DNA from: a virus
IMG/VR virus record: IMGVR_UViG_3300027839_000007
Location: 1-64,000 of that record
Strand: one strand, 5' to 3'
Length of the DNA stretch: 64,000 bases
Below are positions 37,071 through 48,008 of this stretch, in pieces. The first letter of the stretch is position 1; each line of letters opens with the position of its first letter. Position numbers and translations under genes: made by a program. The notes under the pieces are model-generated. The model saw nothing but the letters and a program-made list of their open reading frames with translations, was not told the origin of the DNA and made no database searches.

Positions 37071-40000
37071 TGGCTGACAAACCGGTATTTCCTTCTCTCC
37101 TTAACATTGGGGAAGAGAAGAAGAAGAAAGAGGAGCGCGAGCGTCGTAAAGACCCCAATTTTCCCTGGATGCCGCTCGGGGTTGCTGGTGGCCTAGGGCT
37201 GGGCGGACTCGGCGCATATCAGGCTGGGCGCGGCATGGGTGCTGTCGGAGAGGCTACGTTCGCAGACTTTTATGATTTTATGCACAAGGCACGCGGAGGG
37301 GCTCCGTCATTTAAGCCCTGGGACTGGGTAAAAGGTAAGCCCTGGGAAGCCAACCCAGACGCCGTCGCCAGTTTCGAGGCCGACGAGGCTAAGGGCCGGT
37401 ACTTTGATGCCATACAGCCCAGCGAAGCTCTTCTCAAAGCTCGCGTGTCCAGCCTTGACACGAGTGTTTTGCAGCAAGGGAACGATGTTATCTCGTTCAC
37501 CTTAAACGCCGAGGATATGCTTGGCTCCCAGATGGGATATTTCGGACTGGGTGCCACCCTGATGGGTGAGCCTCTCTACGAAGGAGGGGCTACCGGCCTT
37601 GACGCTATGATGGGGGCGCGTAGTCCCAGGCAGAACTGGTGGTTTAAGAAGCTTTTTCCTATTGATGATATTTATGCTGGGCATGGCACCACCAAGTCGC
37701 AGTTCGGAGTTGATCCCACGCGGGGCTGGCCAGGTAAACGAGAAGAGACGACAACCAAGCACAAGCTTCCCGGCCTCGCCAGAGGTGAGAAGATTGAATC
37801 ATCCCCAGGCCACAAGAGTGATAGTCAGACTGACAAAAGCCGACTTAGTGGGTATGTGCTGCCAGAGGCGTTGTACAGGGGTACCCCTGAGACAAATCCC
37901 AGGCACTGGAAACATCATGCGCGTAAGCTTCGTGGATTAGATTTCCCCAATACGGGGGGTGCTTGGTTACAACAACCCCGTCAGCAGGATCTGGCTGAGA
38001 AACACCAGCACCGCGAGGTTGCGCGTTGGCCACACACCGACCCGAATACTGGACAAGATGTAGGCGGGTACTGGGGTGGTGTCGAGGGGCATTACGGAGG
38101 GTTTTCTAGAAGCCCTGCGCATGCAATGGAGCAGCTCTATCTCGAAACGTATAGCGCCGTAGACGGAAGCATTAATAAGCTTGGCCAGGCTAGGCAATAC
38201 GCACTCCAGCAAGTTGCCCAAGGACTTAATCCGGCTAGTTTTAAAGAGGCCTACATAGATAAGTTTGTAGAGCTGTGGAGCCCGGTTGATACAGAGGGGC
38301 AGCACCCGTGGTCACAGGACTTCATGCCACAGCAAGGTGAAACTTCACTGGCCGCCCGAGCTAAGGCCCAGGCTGCGCTGGCCGCGGCACAAGCCAACCA
38401 GAAAAAGTACCTGGAGCTTCATCCGGGCCTGCAGCCTGGCGACGCGGGGCCGGTCGATGTTACGCAGACGCAGGCGCAGACGCAGGCGCTGGCTAAGGCG
38501 GTAACTGAGGCCGAGACCGCGTCGACGGCCGCCGCTCGTCCGTGGACAACGTCAACCGGTTTGCTCGGAGCGGCTACGGCTACTGCAACAAAGCAGCCAT
38601 TTGTACGCAGAAAGATACGTAATACTGCGTCAAAGATCATTGATGTCGTAGAGAGAAGGCTTGCGGAGCGTGGGGGACAGCCCGAGCGCGGCCTTGATCC
38701 TACCTGGGAGGCCAAGTACCCCGTTAACTTAGCTGCGCTACAAAAGCAGCGTGCCGCTGATCCGCTGTCTGCCACGTACAACAAGAAATTTGTTGATCAG
38801 ACGCCCGCTATCAGGCATGTACTTGGCCTCAAAGATCATAAAGCCACTGCCGAGGCCATGCATGACGTACAGCGACATGCTATGAAGATTCAAGAAGAGC
38901 TGGCCGAGCAGGGACTGAATCCGCTGGAAGTCACCAAGAAGATTTATGAGTCTTTGCAGGATCCGCAAAACGAACAACTGGGGACGATTGCTCAGCTGGC
39001 TTCTACTGGTGGCGGTCCTCTTGTTTTTCCATTATCTGCAGTCGCTTACAGGGCGATTGGAGAAGCCATGGCTGTGCCCGGGCACGTTGCGCGGGGAGCT
39101 AAAGCATTGTCACCGTATTTCAAGTATATTGGTGCAGGGATGCTTGGACTGGGATCCATCTACGGGATTCATGCGATACATAAGTACTTCAAAGAAAAGC
39201 GGCGGTTCGAAGAACAAGAAGAAGAATTAGAAAAGGAGAGCGCTGTGAGTGCCTTTCTAAAGTTTGCGAGTGATCTCATTACCAAGAGTGCGGCTGTTGG
39301 TGATGATGATGATAAGGATGACTCCAAGTCTGATAAGAAGTCAGACAAGCCTAAGGCTAAGCCCAAGGCCAAAGCCAAGGCTAAGCCCAAGGTATCCAAT
39401 GAACCGGGATCCGCTAGCGCTGAGGGTAAGTCTGACGAACCCAGCTATGCGAAGGAGCCACGACCCAATCTGACATGGGGCGAGGAGTGGGACGAGAGCA
39501 AGATTGATCCAGACTACCGTCCGTACTTGGATGAAAGACAGGACGCTAGTACCAGAAGCTCTGCACGTATTTCCAATGAACGACGAAAACGTTTCAACAA
39601 TCCCAGCAGCGGTGGGTTCACGTATAATGCCCAAGGTAGCCGACGTAAGATGCGACCGGGCGAGAGTTACCCGAATGAAGATCAGTTTCTCTTCCAGGCT
39701 CTTGCTAAAAACCCTAATTATTTGACGAACCCAGAGGCGATCAAACACTACAAACAGAAGTATCCTGGTTTGATTAGGAACGCTGCACAGGCTCGTCGGG
39801 AGAACCGTCGAGGCGGCGGCCAAAGCATTGCCCAGAGTTGGCGCGCATACAGTCAAAAACGGAGTCGCGTTCCGCAGAAGGAGGTTGATCCACAAGCTAA
39901 GGGGCCTAGGGCAGGTGGGGCGAAGTCTAAAGCCCAGGGGCAGCAGCCGTCAGCACCTGCTCAACCATCGACTGGCGATGCAGCCATTGAAGAACTCAAG

Positions 40001-41506
40001 AGGATTCGCGGGGTATCCCCGAGCGATAGTGGTGCTGCGAGCAGGGCAATGGCTAGTGGTCGCGATGGTGCTGAGAGTTACAAAGTGCGGGATATCCCCG
40101 GGTACAGTGATGATACAGTCCCGGCGCCCTACCAGAATCGAACTAAGTCGAAAAGCTGGCTTGAGCCCAGTCACGGGGATGACACCTACGGTGGTCAGTC
40201 CGCCTTTGATCCCGCGTACCGGGCTCACGTGAAGAACCGTACGGACCTAGCCAATCGGAATATTGATACGTATAACTCGATGGGACGTAGGGGTGGATCG
40301 CTCGAAAGCCGAGATGCCTCACTGGAGGCGATGGGCCTGCCCAGTCGTGAAGAGATGGCCAGGCGCCACGGGTCATACGGAAAGTTCACCAAGCAGCGCG
40401 GCGGCAAGGGCGGGCATATTGACACTACGGGCCTAGGCGGTCGTATGGCCAACCTCGCCCACATGCGCGCTAATCAAGGGCCAGCGCTGCAGCAACGTGC
40501 TGCACGCAAGCAACAGGAGCGTGAACAGCTTGATGCAGATGTCCAGGCTGGTAGAGACAGGGGACATATGACCCGGGTTAACGCCTTAAGTCGTATGACC
40601 GGTCTACCTCTCGACGCGCAGTCTACGCCGCAAGAGCTGCGGGACGCCCAGACATCCTGGCGTCTGCAGAATGCGGGACGGAAGCAGCGTAGACGGACTC
40701 ATGGCGCTATCAGCAATAGGGCGGTGCAGTTGGTAAACGAGGAGGGCTACAGCTCGGGCGATGCCATGCGTATGGCGCAAGAAGAATATGCCAACAAGAG
40801 CGCCCCGCCGAAGCCACGTATGTCCGACAGTAGAGCGCGCAGTAATACGCAACGGACGGTCACCGATCTCGACCGGCAAATCCGGCAAGCCAGGAGTCCC
40901 AGGCATAAGGCGACCCTACGTGGTCGTCGCCGGATCGCCCAGCGGAGACTCGATCAACTGAACGATCAAGCCCAGGCGCCAGCAGCACGGGCAATGGCAC
41001 AAGGACGGCAGCCGCAGCCAAGTGCTGACAGACCGGGTGGTCGGCCCGAGACAGCCCAGCCTGTGTCGGGTCAGCCAGGTGCTATGGGATGGCCGGGTGG
41101 GCCAACAGCATTACCTGGTGATCCGAAGCAGACTCCACCTGCGCAGGCCCCTACATCTCCGCCGCCGTCTCCCACGCCCAAAGATCTTCCTAAGGACCTT
41201 CCCCCCGGCAAGCAGCATCGTAGTGGGATGATGGAGCGAGTCCCGCAACCGCCTGTCCGTCCGCCTGCCAGGCCGTCGACTGGTGGGGATCATCTTCCCC
41301 CGCCAGTACCGGCAGCACCGCCTACTGGGGCCGGGTCGTCGCCGAAGCTGCCGCCAAGGAAACAGCCGGGTCCGCAGGGCGGCGCAACCTCTGGTAGGGG
41401 TGGTATTTTCAGTAGGCCTCCAACCACCGGCGAGCCTTTCGAGGGACCGAAGCCGACGCCAATTAAGCCCAGACCGCAGGGCGTGGTGGGGCCAAAAACG
41501 AAGTAG
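37070..41506 (+). CDS. Large low-complexity probable virion protein (1478 aa)
   Basis: Long ORF; two Gly-rich hydrophobic segments; KFA/KSA junction; Pro-rich tail. Confidence 0.6.
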   Translation: MADKPVFPSLLNIGEEKKKKEERERRKDPNFPWMPLGVAGGLGLGGLGAYQAGRGMGAVGEATFADFYDFMHKARGGAPSFKPWDWVKGKPWEANPDAVASFEADEAKGRYFDAIQPSEALLKARVSSLDTSVLQQGNDVISFTLNAEDMLGSQMGYFGLGATLMGEPLYEGGATGLDAMMGARSPRQNWWFKKLFPIDDIYAGHGTTKSQFGVDPTRGWPGKREETTTKHKLPGLARGEKIESSPGHKSDSQTDKSRLSGYVLPEALYRGTPETNPRHWKHHARKLRGLDFPNTGGAWLQQPRQQDLAEKHQHREVARWPHTDPNTGQDVGGYWGGVEGHYGGFSRSPAHAMEQLYLETYSAVDGSINKLGQARQYALQQVAQGLNPASFKEAYIDKFVELWSPVDTEGQHPWSQDFMPQQGETSLAARAKAQAALAAAQANQKKYLELHPGLQPGDAGPVDVTQTQAQTQALAKAVTEAETASTAAARPWTTSTGLLGAATATATKQPFVRRKIRNTASKIIDVVERRLAERGGQPERGLDPTWEAKYPVNLAALQKQRAADPLSATYNKKFVDQTPAIRHVLGLKDHKATAEAMHDVQRHAMKIQEELAEQGLNPLEVTKKIYESLQDPQNEQLGTIAQLASTGGGPLVFPLSAVAYRAIGEAMAVPGHVARGAKALSPYFKYIGAGMLGLGSIYGIHAIHKYFKEKRRFEEQEEELEKESAVSAFLKFASDLITKSAAVGDDDDKDDSKSDKKSDKPKAKPKAKAKAKPKVSNEPGSASAEGKSDEPSYAKEPRPNLTWGEEWDESKIDPDYRPYLDERQDASTRSSARISNERRKRFNNPSSGGFTYNAQGSRRKMRPGESYPNEDQFLFQALAKNPNYLTNPEAIKHYKQKYPGLIRNAAQARRENRRGGGQSIAQSWRAYSQKRSRVPQKEVDPQAKGPRAGGAKSKAQGQQPSAPAQPSTGDAAIEELKRIRGVSPSDSGAASRAMASGRDGAESYKVRDIPGYSDDTVPAPYQNRTKSKSWLEPSHGDDTYGGQSAFDPAYRAHVKNRTDLANRNIDTYNSMGRRGGSLESRDASLEAMGLPSREEMARRHGSYGKFTKQRGGKGGHIDTTGLGGRMANLAHMRANQGPALQQRAARKQQEREQLDADVQAGRDRGHMTRVNALSRMTGLPLDAQSTPQELRDAQTSWRLQNAGRKQRRRTHGAISNRAVQLVNEEGYSSGDAMRMAQEEYANKSAPPKPRMSDSRARSNTQRTVTDLDRQIRQARSPRHKATLRGRRRIAQRRLDQLNDQAQAPAARAMAQGRQPQPSADRPGGRPETAQPVSGQPGAMGWPGGPTALPGDPKQTPPAQAPTSPPPSPTPKDLPKDLPPGKQHRSGMMERVPQPPVRPPARPSTGGDHLPPPVPAAPPTGAGSSPKLPPRKQPGPQGGATSGRGGIFSRPPTTGEPFEGPKPTPIKPRPQGVVGPKTK

Positions 41507-41519
41507 GAATACGCTCACG

Positions 41520-44500
41520 ATGAGCAATGTAACTAAGACAGACGCCGAAGCTTTCTGTAGTGGCGTCATGGATTACTGCAGCCAGCACGGTTACGGTCCG
41601 GAGACCGTTGAACTGATGCTGAAGCGTGCAGCGGAAATGGTTCCGGATCTCGCTGAAGAGCTGGAGAAGACGGGGCAGCCGTTCCCATTCTCGTCCCCGA
41701 GGCTCCTCACTGGCAGTGCCCCGCCACCAGCAGAGGATACTAGGGAGGATATAGTCCGCCGAAATAGCGAGGCTGCCGCGCTCCGCGAGCGGAATCGTGG
41801 CGGGCTATGGGATTCCAAGACCGGTGAGCCGTACTGGTTCCCGTCGGAAATGGCTGCGGAAGAGCAGCGGCAGCACCAAGCGCGTACTAGTTTCAAGCGC
41901 CTTTATCCGTATTACGACGAAAAGGGGAAGGCTATTCCCGGGCAGCAGCCCTGGAAACAACGTGGTAATCCTGGCGCGTACGATCTCGGGAGGAAAGCCC
42001 ACGCCAAACGACTCGAAACGCCCCATCAAGCGGCAAATCGATCCACTCCGTACCAGCCGCCGACCCGGGCACACTTGCGCAAGATGACGGGCATGCAACG
42101 CCTGGCGCACCGGCGACTTGCCCAGATGCACGATGAGGTTGGCGGTGGTAAGCAGTTCATTGCTAATCGCGGCAGGCTTGAGCCCACTCCCTCGCCTGAA
42201 GTCACCAATCTGCTCAACAGGCGTGGCGACTCCTATCCTTTCTTGAAAAGCGTACAACGGGCAGGTTCTGAAGACTTCCAGAAAATTCCCCCGGAGGAAT
42301 GGAATACAGCACAGGGTGTAAAGTTCCGTGACTGGCAGTGGGATCCCGAGGAGACTAAATGGAATAGAGTGGACCCGGGTTCATGGACCGATTTGGGGCA
42401 GCGGATCTCGTCTGCGCCTGCCTGGGAATCCACTGGAGGCGAAGCCATATCGGGAGCGTTTCTGACTGCCGGGGACGTCATTGGCAATACCTACTCTGGA
42501 CTCACGGGCGCGCTAGCCGCGCCTATTGCTGCGACGCTGGGTGTTGGTGCCTCGGCGGCCTACCAAGGCGGCCGCGCTACTGATTATCTTAGAGGATTGC
42601 CAGAGCCATCCTCGTGGACCAATAGTGCAAGAGCAGGCGCGGATTCTCTTTGGGGCGGTGCATTAGCTGCCCGAGAGGACGTAGCTCGCGCGGTTCCGTT
42701 CTTTGGGAAGCATTACACCGGTAAGGACTACTTCCAGTGGTCACCATACTTCTCCAAGCGTGATCCTAATACCAGCGAATGGAAAGGTACCCCGGGCTCG
42801 AACGCTCCTAATCCGTCTTTGGTGGCGTATCTAAATGAACAGAGGCGGAAGTTCCCTGCCGGGTCGTGGATAGACCGTGATTGGCTTCACAAGCCGCGGA
42901 ACTTCTTTCCCGGCATGGGCCTGACGCCTCCTGAGCATACGGCTGCTGGTGTTGCTGAAGTCTTATCACCGTTCGCCGGAGCGTCAGCGGCACGTCTGGT
43001 CAAAACTGTAGCCAGGCGGACGGGCCGCGGTCTACGCATGTCGCGGTGGGCGCGAAAACCAGCTCACCTCGTGATGGGTTTCAAGAACAGTGACCAGGTG
43101 AGAAGGGCGTTGAGGCAGGGCGGATACGGGCTTGGCCTCCGCCGCGCTAATCCGTTGTATCGGATGGGCAAAGCGGTGGAACACTGGGGCAATAAAGCGC
43201 CTCCGCGTGTTGGAATGGTTACGTCGATACAAAACGGACTCAGAAGCGCAACATCACCGAAAGTATGGGCCCAGCGTGCAGGCAATGCGTTCCGCGACCC
43301 AATGATGGCCGCGCGCAGTGCGGGCAGGGTCGCGGGCAGGGTCGCGGGCAAAGTTCCAACAACGGCCGTAGTGCTCCAATCGGGTGCGGTGACGGCAATG
43401 GGCGGTTTCGGTAGCGATGAAGGTATGCAGCGACAAGGTGACATGTGGGATCGGATATGGGATTCAGCGTTTGGTGACCGTCAGGACAACGTCGGTGGAG
43501 TCGAGGGATTACTTGACATAGGTTGGCCAGCTAGAGGCTCCATCCCAACACGGGCGATGACAGTGGGGTCAACGCACTTCACAGATACGGTGCCATACCC
43601 ACTCTCCGCCGACAAGAAAACTCCCGACGGCCAACGCGTGCTTGGTATGGATTGGCGAAGCGCGGCACTTGATTCGGCGGCACGTGCGCATCCGTTGCTC
43701 AATTCCTTCTACCGCATCGAAATCGAGCCGGGCGGGGAAAAGAAGGCGCAGGCAGAAGCGCAGCGGTTGATAACAGATGGGAAGTACGGACGTGAATTCG
43801 GGCAACTTCCTCCCGAGTTCCTGCCAAATGAAATGATACGGGACATGCATGGCATAGATGTCCCGGTATCTCGTTTCCAGTGGTACGTGGAACGACAAGA
43901 AGGCATGTCCGACGCGCAGTTTCGTGCGGCGCAGGACGCGCAGCTGGCTAACCTCAAGGTGATTGAAGTTCCGGACCCGGCTCAACCAGGTGGCAGCCGG
44001 GTGAAGCGTTACTTGACGTTCAAGTCTGCTTGGGAGCAGGTTGATCAGCTTGACGAGAAGAACAGGCACGCGGAGGGGGTGGACCGTCACTCGATTAGTC
44101 TTCCTGGAACATCGACTTTCTCTCGCAGGATTGCACCCAGGCTTAATCCACAGGATATTGAGTACCAGGAAAAGGTGTATAAGCGACATGCGCTCCGCAA
44201 GGCGGCGTTCATGGCTGATCCAGATGTGGAGGCTGCAACTCGTGGTTGGGCTGAGTATGTTGGTGAGCTCTATTCTAGAAAGATCAAGCCGCAGTATTAC
44301 ATGGAGCAGCAGTATCCGGGCGTGCGGGAGCGCAGGCAGAAACAGGAGCAACAGGAGCAACAGGAGCAACAGGAGCAGCTGCAGCGGCGGCGGAATCCTG
44401 TTGGTCCTGTGCAGGAGCCGCCACCCTACCTGCAGCGGCCATCCGCTGGTACTCCCAGTAGATCAAGTCTCTTGTTACGCGGCACGGATGATAGCAACGC

Positions 44501-46094
44501 AATCTCATCGCAGTTGGATGATCCAATGAAAAAAAGCAATTGGCGCCCACGTATCACTGTTGACTCCCAGTCCGTTGATGCGCTCTTCGGATCGTTTAAT
44601 CGTCCGTCCTGCATGACGAAGAAGTCGCAGCAGCCATCCACGCCGCTCGATGCGGGGCCGCCGCTGAGCGAAGACCCGCCAGGGCCCGAGCTGCTCTCAG
44701 AAGGCGACATCCCGCCAGAGTGGCTCTCAGAAGAAAGTGCTTCACCAGTCGTTGACTTGCCGGAAAGCGGAACTCCGGTGCTACCTACTACAGATGTTAT
44801 CGCACCCGAGACCTATCTCCCGCCGCCTCGGAATGACGGTCCCAGCCCCCCACCGCTCAGTGCGGGGCCGCTTCCGCCATTGCGGGCGAAGCCTTATGAT
44901 CCTCGCGTACCCTGGACCCAACCCCCTGAGGGAACACTGGAACGCCCCATGGCGCCGACTGGTATTCCTGACTCGTTCTTGTACGGAGATATGGACAACA
45001 ACGTGTTTGATGAGATGGTGACTGCTGATGATCAGAAGCCATGGGCTGCACTTGAAACTTACAAGCAAGAGTTGACGGAGTATCTCACGAGTTCTGAGAG
45101 CACTGGTGTACATGCAACTCCCGAGAGTCCTGCTGCTGGCGTTGGGCATACTACGGATGCAGTTCGGCAGGATGCTACCAAGGAATTGCTGCGCATCCAT
45201 ATGATTCAGCAGGCTCGTGACCTGAGAACGAAGCTTGGCAATGATACGCCCGTGTATCCGCAGCAGATCGCTGCCACGGCTGATAAGTTTATGAAGAAGT
45301 TTAAAGTTGACGGGGTGATCGACAACGAAGATGTGGGGACTATAGCCGATCATAATAGTGAGATAGCTGCCATGCTTGCGCAGGCACCGGACGCGAGTGG
45401 GTTCGGTAAGGTCAAGGATTTCCTGCAGGATCGTAGTCCATTGGAACTTGGACTGTTGATGGTGGGCATACCCCTGGCACTCATAGGTCTGTTTGGTGCG
45501 ATCAGTGGAGAAGGCGGCTTCGGTAGCTTCATGGCACTGTTACTTGGTGGTGCTGCCACCGCTGCTGGCTTAGGTGCTTTCGGGCGTTTCAAGAAGACGA
45601 AGCCCAGTATTCCCAGCGCCACGGCCGCGGGCCCTGCAGGTTTACACAAGGGCAGGGGTGTTGACGCTATGGTGGCGTTATATGATTCTCCACCGACGGA
45701 AGCCGTACCAGAGCCCAAAAGTACGGCTATGAACGCCCTTGATGCTCACCTGTGGCGTGATGCGCAGCGCCCGGGGAAAGGTGGTCCATTGGAGCCGCAA
45801 TTGCAGAAGCTGTTGAAAGCTTTGCACGGCGACTGGGCGGAGAAGAAGCTGGCGAGGAACTGGCCGCTGTCCCCGGTATTCGGTATGGATGATGCAGGTA
45901 TTTTGGCACATGGCGCAGCGGAGATGGGAGTTACTCCCGCTATGGCTGGAAAACTTATCAAGATCTACCAACAGCTTCTGACGCGGCGGAAGAGCCACCC
46001 ACGTTATCAGCCAGCCCAGAAGCCGGAAGTTCCCGGAGCATCCGATGATGGCACCCCGACCCGGGAAGGTGCTCCGGTCAAACCGGATTTCTAG
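41520..46094 (+). CDS. Large probable virion protein (1524 aa)
   Basis: ATG 41520 after upstream stop; AFCSGVMDYC..G N-terminus; C-terminal hydrophobic hairpin. Confidence 0.6.
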   Translation: MSNVTKTDAEAFCSGVMDYCSQHGYGPETVELMLKRAAEMVPDLAEELEKTGQPFPFSSPRLLTGSAPPPAEDTREDIVRRNSEAAALRERNRGGLWDSKTGEPYWFPSEMAAEEQRQHQARTSFKRLYPYYDEKGKAIPGQQPWKQRGNPGAYDLGRKAHAKRLETPHQAANRSTPYQPPTRAHLRKMTGMQRLAHRRLAQMHDEVGGGKQFIANRGRLEPTPSPEVTNLLNRRGDSYPFLKSVQRAGSEDFQKIPPEEWNTAQGVKFRDWQWDPEETKWNRVDPGSWTDLGQRISSAPAWESTGGEAISGAFLTAGDVIGNTYSGLTGALAAPIAATLGVGASAAYQGGRATDYLRGLPEPSSWTNSARAGADSLWGGALAAREDVARAVPFFGKHYTGKDYFQWSPYFSKRDPNTSEWKGTPGSNAPNPSLVAYLNEQRRKFPAGSWIDRDWLHKPRNFFPGMGLTPPEHTAAGVAEVLSPFAGASAARLVKTVARRTGRGLRMSRWARKPAHLVMGFKNSDQVRRALRQGGYGLGLRRANPLYRMGKAVEHWGNKAPPRVGMVTSIQNGLRSATSPKVWAQRAGNAFRDPMMAARSAGRVAGRVAGKVPTTAVVLQSGAVTAMGGFGSDEGMQRQGDMWDRIWDSAFGDRQDNVGGVEGLLDIGWPARGSIPTRAMTVGSTHFTDTVPYPLSADKKTPDGQRVLGMDWRSAALDSAARAHPLLNSFYRIEIEPGGEKKAQAEAQRLITDGKYGREFGQLPPEFLPNEMIRDMHGIDVPVSRFQWYVERQEGMSDAQFRAAQDAQLANLKVIEVPDPAQPGGSRVKRYLTFKSAWEQVDQLDEKNRHAEGVDRHSISLPGTSTFSRRIAPRLNPQDIEYQEKVYKRHALRKAAFMADPDVEAATRGWAEYVGELYSRKIKPQYYMEQQYPGVRERRQKQEQQEQQEQQEQLQRRRNPVGPVQEPPPYLQRPSAGTPSRSSLLLRGTDDSNAISSQLDDPMKKSNWRPRITVDSQSVDALFGSFNRPSCMTKKSQQPSTPLDAGPPLSEDPPGPELLSEGDIPPEWLSEESASPVVDLPESGTPVLPTTDVIAPETYLPPPRNDGPSPPPLSAGPLPPLRAKPYDPRVPWTQPPEGTLERPMAPTGIPDSFLYGDMDNNVFDEMVTADDQKPWAALETYKQELTEYLTSSESTGVHATPESPAAGVGHTTDAVRQDATKELLRIHMIQQARDLRTKLGNDTPVYPQQIAATADKFMKKFKVDGVIDNEDVGTIADHNSEIAAMLAQAPDASGFGKVKDFLQDRSPLELGLLMVGIPLALIGLFGAISGEGGFGSFMALLLGGAATAAGLGAFGRFKKTKPSIPSATAAGPAGLHKGRGVDAMVALYDSPPTEAVPEPKSTAMNALDAHLWRDAQRPGKGGPLEPQLQKLLKALHGDWAEKKLARNWPLSPVFGMDDAGILAHGAAEMGVTPAMAGKLIKIYQQLLTRRKSHPRYQPAQKPEVPGASDDGTPTREGAPVKPDF

Positions 46095-46162
46095 CAGCCG
46101 AGCTACGCACTCGAAGTCGCAGGGACTGGCGCTCCACCCGCCCTCGGCGGGCAGCCGTAGCA

Positions 46163-46186
46163 CTCTCTATTGGCGCCAATAGAGAG
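46163..46186. promoter_or_regulatory. Palindromic site (copy 3 of 4), CTCTCTATTGGCGCCAATAGAGAG
   Basis: Perfect 24-bp palindrome after the large gene. Confidence 0.7.
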
Positions 46187-46865
46187 ATCGTTTCCGCGGC
46201 ACAAGGCTTCACAAGGTAGCCTAGTCTGGGTTATCACAAAAGCATCGTACTCATCCTCCTTCCATACTTTCGGAGGAAGTGCTGTGCATCCACCAATTGA
46301 AGACGCATCACCCAGGCCGCCTGTCCCGTTCATAGATCAGATCAATGAGCTCCGCCAGATATGCGTAAAGAGTAATGCTAAGAAGGTGCATAAGGCGGTA
46401 TTGGCGCTCACGTCAGCTGAGCGACAACGTCGTATGGATCACGGGCCAAATTCCTACGCAGCGCTGCCCGTGTGCTTCCTAGGCACGGAAATACCTGACG
46501 ACTTCGAAATCTTCTGGGCAGTGCACGGCCCAGGCCCGTTTTTTGGAATTGATGGGCATACGACCAGGCGGTCTGTTGACCTTGGCATGGTTTTCCATAC
46601 CATGTCTCATGATGAAGACAAAGACAAAGACAACCGGCAGGTAGTCGAGGTCCTGCCACACGGGCTTTGTTTTGTGGAGCAGGAAGACGCCGAGTCCATG
46701 GCGTACCTGCTGTCTAGCGCCAGGAAGGCTATCAAGCGCAAGGAGGCGGAGCACACTCGTTCAGTACTAGGAAAAAAGGAACGAAAACATGTCCGCCGAA
46801 AAACACCAAGAAGACCCCCTGACGCTGACGATCCAGGAACAGAACCCGGAAGCGCTGACAGCTGA
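46170..46865 (+). CDS. Hypothetical protein (true start probably downstream)
   Basis: Open frame of 231 codons; listed TTG start lies inside palindrome. Confidence 0.45.
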   Translation: MAPIERSFPRHKASQGSLVWVITKASYSSSFHTFGGSAVHPPIEDASPRPPVPFIDQINELRQICVKSNAKKVHKAVLALTSAERQRRMDHGPNSYAALPVCFLGTEIPDDFEIFWAVHGPGPFFGIDGHTTRRSVDLGMVFHTMSHDEDKDKDNRQVVEVLPHGLCFVEQEDAESMAYLLSSARKAIKRKEAEHTRSVLGKKERKHVRRKTPRRPPDADDPGTEPGSADS

Positions 46866-47082
46866 CGGGTTTGATGACGCGATTATTGGTCTCGCGTACC
46901 GGGCTGGATCAGAGCCCCTCGTAGCGTACTCGACCAGCCAGTGCATCCAGGTGCTGATGGATCGGGACGGGATGACCTACGACGAAGCTGTTGAGTACTT
47001 TAATTTCAACGTCGTCGACGCCTACATGGGCGAAGGGACGCCTATATTTATCAGGCAAAAAGACGAGTTTCTGGCATTCTAA
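46789..47082 (+). CDS. Small phage hypothetical protein
   Basis: ADGFDDAIIG...EAVEYFNFN...AYMGEGTP motif; AAGGA RBS. Confidence 0.65.
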   Translation: MSAEKHQEDPLTLTIQEQNPEALTADGFDDAIIGLAYRAGSEPLVAYSTSQCIQVLMDRDGMTYDEAVEYFNFNVVDAYMGEGTPIFIRQKDEFLAF

Positions 47083-47374
47083 TTCCACGAGGCGCCGCGC
47101 TGTTATAGAATTCATGTATTACAACTTTCACTCGGATTTGTCGAAGGTACCGACAGGTTAGGGGATCATGGTTTGTTCACAGGAGGTGGAAAATCGATCC
47201 GGGTAACTGGCTCTAGCATAGGCTGCGGGCTGGGAGGCGTGTGGCGGATGTACCTGCATTTGCCGCCACAAGTTGTCGCCGGTTATTCGGCGGCATAGGA
47301 CTTTGGGTTGGGGTGTCCAAGGGGTCTTGGTGAAAGTTTTTACTTACGTATGTGGCACCACGCGAGGGAACGCA

Positions 47375-47605
47375 ATGGAGCTGGCACCACTTCTGCAAGA
47401 ATACGGAATCATGGTAACCCTGGTTCTGTTTTTTGTTTGGCAAAGCTGGAAACGTGAGCAACGACTGGCTGGCCGTATCGACACGATCGAGGGAGAGTAT
47501 ACGGCCACTCTTAAGGAGCTGGTGCGCAGGTCCAACGATGTGATTGCGGCGAACACCGAAATCATGGAGCAGCTGAAGAAGCACTTGGCGCGGATCGAGA
47601 ATTAG
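47375..47605 (+). CDS. Holin-like membrane protein
   Basis: 76 aa, single N-terminal TM then coiled coil (BhlA-like layout). Confidence 0.5.
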   Translation: MELAPLLQEYGIMVTLVLFFVWQSWKREQRLAGRIDTIEGEYTATLKELVRRSNDVIAANTEIMEQLKKHLARIEN

Positions 47606-47652
47606 TAAACCAAGTTTCGACGTGAAGCTATTCCCAGGGAAGCGGAATAATC

Positions 47653-47973
47653 ATGTCACGTGATCAAGAATATAAGTTCTTCTATAAGATCTCTCGCAAG
47701 ATCCGAAACGAACTCCCATGCGGCAACAAGTTGCGCGTGGTGCTGAAAGCTGATCTCGTTGAGCACGGGATGTGCGAGTTCGATACCAAGCGCCCTGAGC
47801 GCGGTTTCATGATCACGATATACAAGAGTGGTAGTGAAGAGCATGATATTCACATCCTCTTGCATGAGTACGCCCATGTACTCTCATGGTTCTGCGACGA
47901 AGAAGATCATGGTGTTGCATGGCAGTCCGCATATGGGCGAATATACCGTTGGTATGAGAAGATAGCGGAGTAG
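47653..47973 (+). CDS. HExxH zinc metallopeptidase-like protein
   Basis: LLHEYAH...HG..W. Confidence 0.65.
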   Translation: MSRDQEYKFFYKISRKIRNELPCGNKLRVVLKADLVEHGMCEFDTKRPERGFMITIYKSGSEEHDIHILLHEYAHVLSWFCDEEDHGVAWQSAYGRIYRWYEKIAE

Positions 47974-48008
47974 AGGGTATATACAACAAAATGAAATAAG
48001 GTGTTGCG

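Noticed and set aside
41283-41519. Upstream extension of the 1603-aa ORF
   Set aside because: Overlaps the previous gene's Pro-rich tail; ATG 41520 after the stop is more plausible.
44341-44376. Short tandem repeats (AACAGGAGC x4; also near 34680, 43320 and 63790)
   Set aside because: In-frame slippage repeats in low-complexity protein tracts.
47613-47629. parS-like sequence AGTTTCGACGTGAAGCT
   Set aside because: Needs an insertion and mismatches relative to TGTTTCACGTGAAACA; single copy.
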